Assembly: GCA_016124275.1 (NCBI GenBank)
Contig: WGOA01000037.1
Coordinates: 2,690-66,689, forward strand
Reading direction: 5' to 3'
From: Bacteroidota bacterium
Lineage (GTDB): Bacteria > Bacteroidota > Bacteroidia > Chitinophagales > BACL12
DNA length: 64,000 nucleotides
In this document: piece after piece, positions 20,078 through 28,731 of the stretch
Numbering within the stretch: the first letter of the stretch is position 1
Layout of the letters: each line of letters begins with the position of its first letter
The notes under the pieces: generated by a model
What the model was told of the DNA's origin: nothing
Database searches by the model: none
What the model saw: the letters and a program-made list of their open reading frames with translations, nothing else
Program-made: the position numbers and the translations under genes

Positions 20078-20161
20078 CGACCGATCGGAAGACCGGCTGG
20101 AGGTTGAAGAACCGCAGTTAGCCGCATCAGACCCCCTTCGCCTTAAAGGCCACCCCTTATT

Positions 20162-21112
20162 ATGAGCCAAGTTTCCCGCTCCAACCGCTCCTGGACGGAG
20201 TATGCTTTTTTGACCGCCAAAGGCTATGCCATGGGCACAGCCAACGTCATTCCCGGCGTTTCCGGAGGCACCATAGCATTCATTACGGGCGTATTTGATG
20301 AACTCATTACGTCCTTAAAATCGCTGGACCTCGGTGCGGTGAAGCTCTTTTTCAGCGGTCGTTTCCGGGAATTCTCTCAATACATCAACCTGCCCTTTTT
20401 GGTGGCGCTTTTTTCTGGTGTTGCCCTGGCTGTGGTGTCGTTAGCGGCCGTGTTGAGCTATGCCTTTGAGCATTATCAAGTTTATACCCTGGCGTTTTTC
20501 TTCGGGCTAATCCTAACCTCTATTGTGTTTGTGTTTCGGTTTGTCCGCAAATGGACCATCAGCGTCGTGACCATGTTGGTGATCGGTATCGGGATCGCAG
20601 TGGGCATTGCATTGCTCACGCCGGGCACAGAGAACACTCATTTCGCCTATCTTTTTGTCTGTGGCATCGTGGCCATTTGCTCCATGATCCTTCCTGGGCT
20701 TTCCGGCTCTTTTGTCTTGCTGATCATGGGCAATTATTGGCTCATTTTGGAGGCAGCAAAAAATCGAGACCTTGGTATCCTCTTGCCAGTTATGTTGGGC
20801 TGTGGAATTGGTCTGGTGGCGTTCAGCCGCCTGCTCGATTTTGTCCTCAAGCGCTTTCACGACCAAACCGTTGGTCTGCTCACTGGGTTTGTTGCCGGGT
20901 CATTGCTCATCATCTGGCCTTGGAAAACCATCCTGACCGAAGAACGCATTCTGCCTGACGGGTCCATCAAAGTTGCTGACACCGGGTACGAATGGCTTAT
21001 GCCTGCTATCAACCAGCAATTCTGGATAGCCCTTGTCTTCATCGTGGTCGGTGCCGCATTGGTATGGGGCATTGAAAGCCTGGGGTCTGGAAAGGAAAAA
21101 AAGACAGCGTAA
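20162..21112 (+). CDS. DUF368 family membrane protein (polyprenyl-phosphate transporter family)
   Basis: GTANVIPGVSGGTIAFITGVFDELI and a second LPGLSGSFVLLIMG repeat, typical of DUF368. Confidence 0.75.
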   Translation: MSQVSRSNRSWTEYAFLTAKGYAMGTANVIPGVSGGTIAFITGVFDELITSLKSLDLGAVKLFFSGRFREFSQYINLPFLVALFSGVALAVVSLAAVLSYAFEHYQVYTLAFFFGLILTSIVFVFRFVRKWTISVVTMLVIGIGIAVGIALLTPGTENTHFAYLFVCGIVAICSMILPGLSGSFVLLIMGNYWLILEAAKNRDLGILLPVMLGCGIGLVAFSRLLDFVLKRFHDQTVGLLTGFVAGSLLIIWPWKTILTEERILPDGSIKVADTGYEWLMPAINQQFWIALVFIVVGAALVWGIESLGSGKEKKTA

Positions 21113-21122
21113 TTTGCCGGCC

Positions 21123-21899
21123 ATGACCCGCGACACCCGCGTTTTTGGCCTCATCGGTTACCCGCTCTCGCATTCTTTTAGCCCTGGTTATTTTGCCGAA
21201 AAATTCCTGCGTGAAGGCATCGCTGACGCCAGGTACGAGGCATTTCCCTTGGCCAATATTCAAGAATTCCCCGACCTGTTGCGCCGCGAACCCAACCTTT
21301 GCGGCCTGAACGTCACCATTCCCTACAAACAATCCGTCATGGCCTACCTGGATGCCATTGACGATGATGCCCGCGCCATCGGAGCAGTCAACACCATCCA
21401 CTTCGGACCAAATGGTCGGCTAACCGGCTACAACACCGACTGGATCGGATTTTTGGCCAGCATCCAACCGCTTTTGAACCACTGGGCGAAGGGCCTTTCG
21501 CAGCAGCCCACAGGCGCCCTGGTGCTCGGAACCGGAGGCTCCTCCAAAGCGGTGCATTTTGCCCTGCGCAAGATTGGGCTCCAAACCCGCTCAGTTTCGC
21601 GGGCCCATGGCTCCGGCGTTGACTACACCTATGGCGAATTGACCGCCGAGGTATTGCGGCAATACCCCGTCATCATCAACTGCACCCCCTTGGGCATGCA
21701 CCCTGATGTGCTTAGCCGACCTGAAATACCATATGAATTGATATCTTCTGAAATCTTGTTGTTTGATCTGGTGTACAACCCCGCCAAAACCATCTTTCTG
21801 ACCAAGGGCGAATTGGCCGGTGCTGCCACCGGAAACGGTTTAGCCATGTTGTACGGCCAGGCAGAGGCGGCATGGGGTATTTGGGAGGAAGCCGTTTAA
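21123..21899 (+). CDS. aroE: Shikimate dehydrogenase
   Basis: The internal ATG at 21123 gives MTRDTRVFGLIGYPLSHSFSPGYF. Also NVTIPYK, NTD and GTGGSSKAV. Confidence 0.85.
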   Translation: MTRDTRVFGLIGYPLSHSFSPGYFAEKFLREGIADARYEAFPLANIQEFPDLLRREPNLCGLNVTIPYKQSVMAYLDAIDDDARAIGAVNTIHFGPNGRLTGYNTDWIGFLASIQPLLNHWAKGLSQQPTGALVLGTGGSSKAVHFALRKIGLQTRSVSRAHGSGVDYTYGELTAEVLRQYPVIINCTPLGMHPDVLSRPEIPYELISSEILLFDLVYNPAKTIFLTKGELAGAATGNGLAMLYGQAEAAWGIWEEAV

Positions 21900-21986
21900 A
21901 CAAGGAGCGGGATTGGGTTCTACCACCCAGTAAACAGACTTATATTTATAAAACTTTTATTTTATATATAATATAGATAAACTAAC

Positions 21987-22445
21987 TCACGTGTAAAATC
22001 GAGGGTCCAATCGAAAGGGGTCTTGCGCAATAATTTTAACACCCTTCATTTGTTCGTGTTTCGGATTAATCAAAATATTGCCATCACCGGGTACAAGGAC
22101 AGAGGGAACTTTTATTGCGAGAAAATGCCCGTCCCTGACAAACTGGTCACCCATGTGTTGGGTACTGGTAGCAAATGGAACAGCATTCCAGTCTTTAGGT
22201 AAGTCTGAATGGGCCAAGGTTGGCACCTCAGCTTCTTCTGGCAAGTAAATCGCTATCAGAAAATAACCTTCAGGCATGCTCTCCTTCCCCACATTTGCCA
22301 GAATTTCCAAAAGCGCCAGCGCCTGAGTTTGGCTTGTAAAGAGCATAGCAGTGCCTTTGCTGTTCCATCTGCCACCATACCATTCAGCTCCTCTTCCCGA
22401 AAGATCGTTTTTATACCGGCCTTTGGAGAGACGAAAGACAATCAT
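21987..22445 (-). CDS. RES-domain toxin (NAD+-targeting RES family)
   Basis: GGRWNSKG, ALLEILANV and IKVPSVLVP supply the R/E/S signature. 152 aa. Overlaps the upstream antitoxin gene by 4 nt. Confidence 0.8.
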   Translation of the reverse strand: MIVFRLSKGRYKNDLSGRGAEWYGGRWNSKGTAMLFTSQTQALALLEILANVGKESMPEGYFLIAIYLPEEAEVPTLAHSDLPKDWNAVPFATSTQHMGDQFVRDGHFLAIKVPSVLVPGDGNILINPKHEQMKGVKIIAQDPFRLDPRFYT

Positions 22446-23041
22446 GCCAGAATGCCATGCTCAAGTCTGCCCAATTCATCATTGACCAATCCTATACCGA
22501 GCTTGGTATCGAGCAACTCCTGCGGGGCTTTCCCTCCCATCGCAGCTGTGCTGGTCCCCATCCATTTGTTCAGCTTATCCTGATTTGAAAAGACTTCCAT
22601 CCCATGCGTGTACAACGTAACAATTTCTATAATTCGCTCTGCCTGAAGCGCCTGAAAGGCCAGGTCATCCTTTCTGGCTCGCTGCAGTGTTCGCAAGGAA
22701 ACATGAAGAAATTCCGCCCATTGATCCATTGTAAAAGGCATAGTTTCTACGAGCTTTTGAAATTCAACAAACGGAATCCCTGTTCGAACAGTTTCTATCA
22801 GCTCCAGTGTACGTTTAGCTCCGGCACGCTGATTGGAGAAGTTGATCGGCTTCTTAGGTGAATCTTTTTGAGTAGTTGATTGGTCCCCACCTTTGCCTCG
22901 GACAGCGCGTTTGGCAAGAACAGACTTGACCACTTTTTTCTTTGTGGTCTGCCTTCCTGCTTTGGCTTCTGTTGACTGAGCGGGGACCGACTGCCCCCTC
23001 TTCGCCTTACCAGCACCTTCTTGGGTTGGTTGCCGTTTCAT
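22442..23041 (-). CDS. Xre/MbcA/ParS-like antitoxin (DUF2384 toxin-binding domain) with a long basic N-terminal extension
   Basis: The C-terminus WMGTSTAAMGGKAPQELLDTKLGIGLVNDELGRLEHGI matches the DUF2384 pattern. The first ~90 aa are K/R/Q/T-rich low complexity. Confidence 0.75.
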   Translation of the reverse strand: MKRQPTQEGAGKAKRGQSVPAQSTEAKAGRQTTKKKVVKSVLAKRAVRGKGGDQSTTQKDSPKKPINFSNQRAGAKRTLELIETVRTGIPFVEFQKLVETMPFTMDQWAEFLHVSLRTLQRARKDDLAFQALQAERIIEIVTLYTHGMEVFSNQDKLNKWMGTSTAAMGGKAPQELLDTKLGIGLVNDELGRLEHGILA

Positions 23042-23085
23042 TAAGCCAAGTTAATCAAATATCGGACACTTAGCACAACCAAAGC

Positions 23086-23095
23086 GACAATTGTC
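23086..23095. promoter_or_regulatory. Perfect 10-bp palindrome GACAATTGTC, 45 nt upstream of the antitoxin start (candidate operator)
   Basis: Read directly from the sequence. Its position in the putative TA promoter region is the only functional argument. Confidence 0.3.
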
Positions 23096-23154
23096 ATTTA
23101 CAAAAGCGCAATAAACAAGCCGCAGAAGCACCCTGCCTGAAAGGCTACGCCTCA

Positions 23155-24036
23155 TCAACCTGCCTCGCTCTTGCTCGCGGTATTGGGGCCCTTCGCCATA
23201 GCCCCTGCTAAACTGAAAACGGCGTTGAGCAAAAAGAACAACAGGCTCATGGCCACGGCCGCTTCTTCGTTAATTGGGAACTCCGGCGGCAGGTAACTCA
23301 ACACCAGTTCGCGGGCGCCCATGCCGCCAACGGAGATGGGCAACAATAAAGCCAGGGAGGACAGCAGAAAAGCCAACGGATAGGCGGGGTGAAAGGCCGT
23401 GCCGGTTGCAAGCAGCAGGCAAATGGCTGCGAAGGCCTGAAGCACCTGCTTGACGACGCTGTACCCCAATGCCTGAAAAAAGACTGGTAAAAAGGATCGA
23501 AAAAATATCCGCATGCCCAACCAAACGAAAGGGAAGAACAGCACCAGGGCAACCAGCGACAGGTAGATCCAGGTGGCGGGAAGCGGCAAGACCAGCAAAG
23601 CCAAACCAAGCGAGAGCCACAGTATGACCGCTACGCCAAAGCCCCGGTCCAGCAGCCCGGCTTTGACCAGCGAAGCCAGGGATACCCCCCCATAGCGTTT
23701 GAGCGCGTAAACTTTGTACCCATCCCCCCCCACCCCCCCGGGAAGAAATAAGCTGTAAAACGCCCCCAGCCAATACAACCGCCAGGCTTCCATCCGGGAC
23801 AACGGCGCCCCCGCCGCGCGCCACAACCAACGCGAACGCTCCGAAGAGGCCAGGTGCGAGCAGGCGAATGCCCCCACCCCCAGCGCTACCCAGCCCGGGT
23901 GCAAACGGCTCATCAGGGCCAGTGCCTCTTTCAAATCCACACGCCGCGACACCAGCCAGAGGGCCAAAGCAGACAAAAGCAAGCGCAGCACCATACGCGC
24001 TGCCTTGCCCGTCAGAAAGCTGAATTTGCCCAACAT
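23155..24036 (-). CDS. UPF0104 / lysylphosphatidylglycerol-synthase-TM-like ('flippase-like') membrane protein
   Basis: MLGKFSFLTGKAARMVLRLLLSALALWLVSRRVDLKEAL is typical for this family, and the protein is polytopic. The ATG at 24036 is preferred over 24081 because it avoids overlapping the divergent neighbour. Confidence 0.6.
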   Translation of the reverse strand: MLGKFSFLTGKAARMVLRLLLSALALWLVSRRVDLKEALALMSRLHPGWVALGVGAFACSHLASSERSRWLWRAAGAPLSRMEAWRLYWLGAFYSLFLPGGVGGDGYKVYALKRYGGVSLASLVKAGLLDRGFGVAVILWLSLGLALLVLPLPATWIYLSLVALVLFFPFVWLGMRIFFRSFLPVFFQALGYSVVKQVLQAFAAICLLLATGTAFHPAYPLAFLLSSLALLLPISVGGMGARELVLSYLPPEFPINEEAAVAMSLLFFLLNAVFSLAGAMAKGPNTASKSEAG

Positions 24037-24066
24037 CCGCGCAAAGAAACATAATATTGCCAGCGT

Positions 24067-25812
24067 ATGGCCTCCCCACAACCCGGCTACCCCGACCGCC
24101 TTTTCCTGATGGTGGCCCTTCCGCTGTTGGTGTTTTCGCTTTTTTGGAACCTCGGGGCTTCACCGGCTTACCTCGAGGAGCCCAGACGCGCTATCGTGGC
24201 CATGGAAATGATGTTCCGCGACAACGCCATTGTGCCAACACAACTCGGTAAAATTTATGTAAACAAACCACCAGTGTTTAACTGGTTGCTCATGCTGGGC
24301 TATCGGATCAGCGGACACTATGCGGAGTGGATCCCGCGCGCCGTGAGCGTGCTCTCGCTGTTGGGAATGGGTTTTCTGGTGTACCGGTTCAGTTTGTCGC
24401 ACGGTGAGGGTGAACGCCAAAGCGCTATCCAAAACATCGCACAGCCTGCTCCCCAGCCCGCGCAGCAAAACTCCGCACAAGCCTCTCTCCACGCCACCGC
24501 CATCACAGCAGGCATCCTCACCGTGCTCTGCGCAGACATCTACTATTACTTTTCCACAACAGGCGAAATAGACCTGTTCTACTCGCTGGTTTCGCTCGGC
24601 TCTATCCTGGCAGTTTACCACTATGACCGCCAAGGCCGATGGTGGGCGCTCTACACGGTCCCCTGGTTGCTCGCAGCCGTTGGGTTCCTGACCAAAGGCT
24701 TTCCATCGCCGCTGTTTGTGGGCTTTACGTTCCTGGGCTGGTTCGGCATTCGCCGGCAGTGGAAAGCCCTTTTTCACCCGGCACATGCCTTGGGCCTGCT
24801 CGCTTTTGCTGCGCTCACGGGTGCGTACTTCTACGCTTATTCGCAACAAGCCGATCTGGAGCATTACCTCCGCGGCCTGTTTGACCAAAGCAGCCAACGA
24901 ACCGCCAGCGAGCACAACAGCACGCAATTGCTTCGGCACATGCTGCTCTTCTGGCCCGACACCCTGAAAAACATGCTGCCCGCTGCGCTGCTTGTGCCTT
25001 TCGCGCTGACGCGGGCGGGCCGCCAAGCCATCGCAAACAAGCCCTTCCTTCAATTCTGCCTGATCGCGCTGCTGGCCAACGTGTGGATCTACTGGATCTC
25101 ACCAGGTACGCGGCCCCGCTACGTGTACATGCTCTACCCGCTCTTGATAATGCCATTGGTCTGGGCATACGCCAGCGCTCTGGCGCCAGGCAACCGGACC
25201 CTGCGCATGCACCAGGTGCTCGAAGCATTAACGCGGGTGCTCAGTGTGCTTATACCGCTTACCATCGCCGCCATTCCCGCCTTTTTCATCAACAGCCCAA
25301 CAGCATTGCATCCCCTATGGTTTGCCGCCAGCATTACTGCGGGAGCGGCATCCGGTTGGTTGTTGTACCGCTGGCAACCCCGCTACAACGCGCTGAGCAG
25401 GCTGCTGTTCCTGGCCATTCTGGGGCGGTTGGTTTTTGATGCCGTGGTGCTTCCCCAGCGGGCCATTCAGGGCGAAGCGCCCCAGTGGAAAGCACAAGGG
25501 TTGAGCGTGGTCCAAACTGTTGGTGACCATCCCCTGCGCCTGCTTGGCATCCGCGACGCGGGCAATTTCCCGCTGGCCACCGCATACATCATTGAGCGGG
25601 AACGCAAAGAAGTATTGCGCTGCGACACCGCAGCACAACCTGGCCTATGGTATCTGGCCGAAGCCCATCAACTGGACACGGCACTGGCGATCAGGCATGG
25701 AGGATTCATCTGGAAACAATATAATTTTGGGCTGTATGAATATTTGGGAGCCGTCATTCCTCCTCCTCCATCGCCTCATCCAACGTCGGCAATTCTTCGT
25801 CTTCCCAAATAG
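24067..25812 (+). CDS. ArnT/PMT-like GT-C glycosyltransferase (family 39/83-like)
   Basis: EPRRAIVAMEMMFRDNAIVPTQLGKIYVNKPPVFNWLL is the typical N-terminal loop of ArnT-like enzymes. ~580 aa polytopic protein. Confidence 0.65.
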   Translation: MASPQPGYPDRLFLMVALPLLVFSLFWNLGASPAYLEEPRRAIVAMEMMFRDNAIVPTQLGKIYVNKPPVFNWLLMLGYRISGHYAEWIPRAVSVLSLLGMGFLVYRFSLSHGEGERQSAIQNIAQPAPQPAQQNSAQASLHATAITAGILTVLCADIYYYFSTTGEIDLFYSLVSLGSILAVYHYDRQGRWWALYTVPWLLAAVGFLTKGFPSPLFVGFTFLGWFGIRRQWKALFHPAHALGLLAFAALTGAYFYAYSQQADLEHYLRGLFDQSSQRTASEHNSTQLLRHMLLFWPDTLKNMLPAALLVPFALTRAGRQAIANKPFLQFCLIALLANVWIYWISPGTRPRYVYMLYPLLIMPLVWAYASALAPGNRTLRMHQVLEALTRVLSVLIPLTIAAIPAFFINSPTALHPLWFAASITAGAASGWLLYRWQPRYNALSRLLFLAILGRLVFDAVVLPQRAIQGEAPQWKAQGLSVVQTVGDHPLRLLGIRDAGNFPLATAYIIERERKEVLRCDTAAQPGLWYLAEAHQLDTALAIRHGGFIWKQYNFGLYEYLGAVIPPPPSPHPTSAILRLPK

Positions 25813-27295
25813 CCTGCTGGCGCAAATCGGCGGGGATTTCCTTGCTCGCTTTAGCACCGAGCTGCCGAAGCATATCCACCCGCCGTATCAGGTTGCCGTG
25901 TCCTTCGCTCAATTTCTTGAAGCTGTCCTGGTAAGCACTTTGGGTGCGGTCAAGATTGGCACCAACTTTACGCAAGTCTTCAATCAGCCCGACAAATTTG
26001 TCGTGCAGCTTGCCGGCTTCAGACGCAATCATCATCACGTTGCGGCTTTGGTTTTCCTGGTTCCAGATATGCTTGATCGTGCGCAACGTAGCTAAAAGTG
26101 TGGAGGGCGTAACTAAAACTACGTTTTTGCTGAAGGCCTTCATGTAGAGCGAATCGTCCTGGCGCAACGCCAGACCAAAAGCGGGTTCAATGGGGATAAA
26201 CATGAGCACAAAATCCTGTGATCGCACCCCGTAAAGCGACGGATAGTCTTTTGCCGACAGCAGCATAAAATGGTTGCGCACCGATTCCAGGTGAGCGCGG
26301 GCGGCCAATTGCTGCTCGGCAGGATCGTCAGTGCTCGTGTAGCGCTCGTAAGCAGTAAGCGACACCTTGGAGTCCAGCACGATAACCTTGTCGCCGGGCA
26401 GGTGCAGCACCACGTCAGGCTGCAGGCGCCTTCCTTCTTCGTTGATGGCCGAAGCCTGCACGACATATTCGCGACCCTTCTCCAGGCCGGACTTCTCCAG
26501 CACCGATTCCAGGATCATTTCACCCCAATTGCCTTGCACTTTGCTGTCGCCCTTGAGCGCGTTGGTCAGGTTGCGCGCGTCCTGCAACATGTCTTTGTTC
26601 AGGCTGGTCAGGCCCAAAATCTGCTCCTTCAACTGCGCGCCTTGCTCGCTCTGCTGCACATGCACCCGGTTGATGTTCTGTTGAAACTCCAGAATGCGCT
26701 CCCGCAACGGCGTGACCACATCATTCAGCTCTTTGCGGCTCTGCTCCTGGAAATTCTTGTTCTTTTCTTCAAAAATTCGGTTGGCCAGGTTTTCAAAATC
26801 AAGTCGAAGGCGCTCCTGGGTCTCGAGCAACTCCCGCTGCTTTTCCGCCATTCGCTGCTCGAGCGCCCGGCGTTCCGTTTCCTCGCGCTCCAGCTGAAGG
26901 GCAAGCCGGTCGCGGGCTTCGGTGAGGGTTCGGTATTCGACACGGGTATCGTCTCGCTCCTGTTGGATGCGGTTGCGCTCGGCCACCAGCAGTTCGCGCG
27001 TCTGCGCAGCCGTTTCGGCTGCGGCATCAGCGGCAGCCTGCAACTGCCGATCCGCTTCAACGCGGAGCCTGGCTTCCAAATCCATGGCCTGTTGCCGGGC
27101 CTGCGCCTGTTCCATGGCGCGCGCATCCAGCACGCGCTGCTCCGAGGCCGCCCTTGCGCTTTCTGCTGCTGCTAAAGCGGCCTTCTCGGCTGCCCGGAGT
27201 TTGACCCCACTTCGCCAGGCGCCGATCAGCAACCCAATAATCAACCCGAGCAAAATCCCTGCCCCGGCATAACCCAACATATCCATATTATCCAT
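25754..27295 (-). CDS. rmuC: DNA recombination protein RmuC
   Basis: N-terminal TM segment, a long coiled coil, then GNWGEMILESVLEKSGLEKGREY and the C-terminal RmuC core. The start is uncertain (27343 or 27295). Confidence 0.85.
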   Translation of the reverse strand: MDNMDMLGYAGAGILLGLIIGLLIGAWRSGVKLRAAEKAALAAAESARAASEQRVLDARAMEQAQARQQAMDLEARLRVEADRQLQAAADAAAETAAQTRELLVAERNRIQQERDDTRVEYRTLTEARDRLALQLEREETERRALEQRMAEKQRELLETQERLRLDFENLANRIFEEKNKNFQEQSRKELNDVVTPLRERILEFQQNINRVHVQQSEQGAQLKEQILGLTSLNKDMLQDARNLTNALKGDSKVQGNWGEMILESVLEKSGLEKGREYVVQASAINEEGRRLQPDVVLHLPGDKVIVLDSKVSLTAYERYTSTDDPAEQQLAARAHLESVRNHFMLLSAKDYPSLYGVRSQDFVLMFIPIEPAFGLALRQDDSLYMKAFSKNVVLVTPSTLLATLRTIKHIWNQENQSRNVMMIASEAGKLHDKFVGLIEDLRKVGANLDRTQSAYQDSFKKLSEGHGNLIRRVDMLRQLGAKASKEIPADLRQQAIWEDEELPTLDEAMEEEE

Positions 27296-27464
27296 TGGTC
27301 CAAAGCTAAGGTTTCGGAGCACATTGCCGTGCAGCCAAGGCAAGAATTTAGGCCAACCTCATCGCGCACCGCGCAGTGGTGCAGCCCCAGGCCTGCACTA
27401 TCTTTGCATGGGCTCCTGCACCAACGGCCAAACGGCCGCCACCTAAGGACCGCCATTTCAACCT

Positions 27465-28655
27465 ATGGCCAGCACCTCCAACCCCACCGCGCTCAGCTTC
27501 GACAACACCGAAGTAGCCTTTGCCGGCAAGAGCAACCGCGAATTGCGCAAGGCCTACTGGCTGTTTCGGGTCATGAATTCGCACACGGTGGTGGATGTGG
27601 GCACCCACCTGACCCGCATTGCCTTTCAGATTGGTTTGCCCGTTAAAACATTGGTTAAACGCACCATTTACCAGCAGTTCTGCGGGGGCGAAACGCTTCC
27701 CGAAACGGCCCCGCTGGTAGAACGTCTGGCCCAAAACCGGGTGAGCACCATTCTGGATTACGGCGTGGAAGCCAAAGAAAGCGAAGCGGAGTTTGATCAA
27801 AATGTGGAAGAACAGCGGCGCGCCATCGCGTTTGCCAACGGAAACCGGCAGGTGCCCTACGTCAGTTGCAAAGTGACGGGTTATGCCTCCTTCGACCTGC
27901 TGGAAAAAATGCATGCCCGCCAACCGCTGTCTTCGGGCGAAGAGGCTGCTGTTGCCCGCCTCCGCCAACGGCTGGATCAAATCGGTGCGGCCGCCGCACA
28001 ATCGGATGTGGCGCTGTACATCGACGCGGAAGAAAGTTGGATCCAGGACCCCATTGACACGCTGACCGAGGAATTGATGAGCCGGTACAACCGCGAAAAA
28101 CCGGTCATTTTCAATACGGCCCAGCTCTACCGGCACGACCGGCTGGCCTACCTGCAACAGGCCCATGAACGGGCGGAGCAGGGCGGCTATGTGTTTGCGG
28201 TTAAGCTGGTGCGCGGCGCTTACATGGAAAAAGAGCGGGAACGCGCCCGACAGTTGGGGTACCCCTCCCCGATTCAGCCCGATAAAGCCGCGACCGACCG
28301 GGATTACGACCAGGCGTTGCAGTTCTGCCTGGAGCATTTCCCCCGAATTGCCTTTTGCGTGGCTACCCACAACGAAACAAGCTGCATGTTGGCGGCACAG
28401 GGCGCCCTTGATCGGGGTGCTGATCCGCATCACCCGGCGTTGCACTTTGCGCAACTCTACGGCATGAGCGACCATATCTCGTTCAACCTGGCCAAAGCGG
28501 GTTTCAACGCCAGCAAATACGTGCCCTACGGGCCGGTGCGCGATGTGATCCCCTACCTGATTCGGCGCGCTGAAGAGAACAGTTCAGTGGCGGGCCAAAT
28601 GGGCCGCGAACTCGGGCTCATTCGCACAGAAATGAAGCGCCGCGGTCTGAAATGA
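27465..28655 (+). CDS. Proline dehydrogenase
   Basis: ILDYGVE, YIDAEESWIQD, FAVKLVRGAYMEKE, and VPYGPVRDVIPYLIRRAEEN at the C-terminus. Confidence 0.85.
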   Translation: MASTSNPTALSFDNTEVAFAGKSNRELRKAYWLFRVMNSHTVVDVGTHLTRIAFQIGLPVKTLVKRTIYQQFCGGETLPETAPLVERLAQNRVSTILDYGVEAKESEAEFDQNVEEQRRAIAFANGNRQVPYVSCKVTGYASFDLLEKMHARQPLSSGEEAAVARLRQRLDQIGAAAAQSDVALYIDAEESWIQDPIDTLTEELMSRYNREKPVIFNTAQLYRHDRLAYLQQAHERAEQGGYVFAVKLVRGAYMEKERERARQLGYPSPIQPDKAATDRDYDQALQFCLEHFPRIAFCVATHNETSCMLAAQGALDRGADPHHPALHFAQLYGMSDHISFNLAKAGFNASKYVPYGPVRDVIPYLIRRAEENSSVAGQMGRELGLIRTEMKRRGLK

Positions 28656-28678
28656 ACAAACCCTGCACAAAAGAAAAA

Positions 28679-28702
28679 GGGCTGACTCATACGAGCCAGC
28701 CC
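28679..28702. terminator. Hairpin between convergent genes (GGGCTGACTC-ATAC-GAGCCAGCCC, one mismatch), flanked by an A-run and a T-rich tract
   Basis: Read directly from the sequence. It sits between the stops at 28655 (+) and 28732 (-). Confidence 0.5.
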
Positions 28703-28731
28703 CTTCCTTTGGGTTAAGTTCGGAATCCCGA

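Noticed and set aside
23270-24163. 297-aa minus-strand ORF overlapping the UPF0104 membrane protein gene in another frame
   Set aside because: Its composition (Gly/Arg/Ala/Pro-rich) is non-protein-like. The 23155..24036 frame encodes a coherent polytopic membrane protein.
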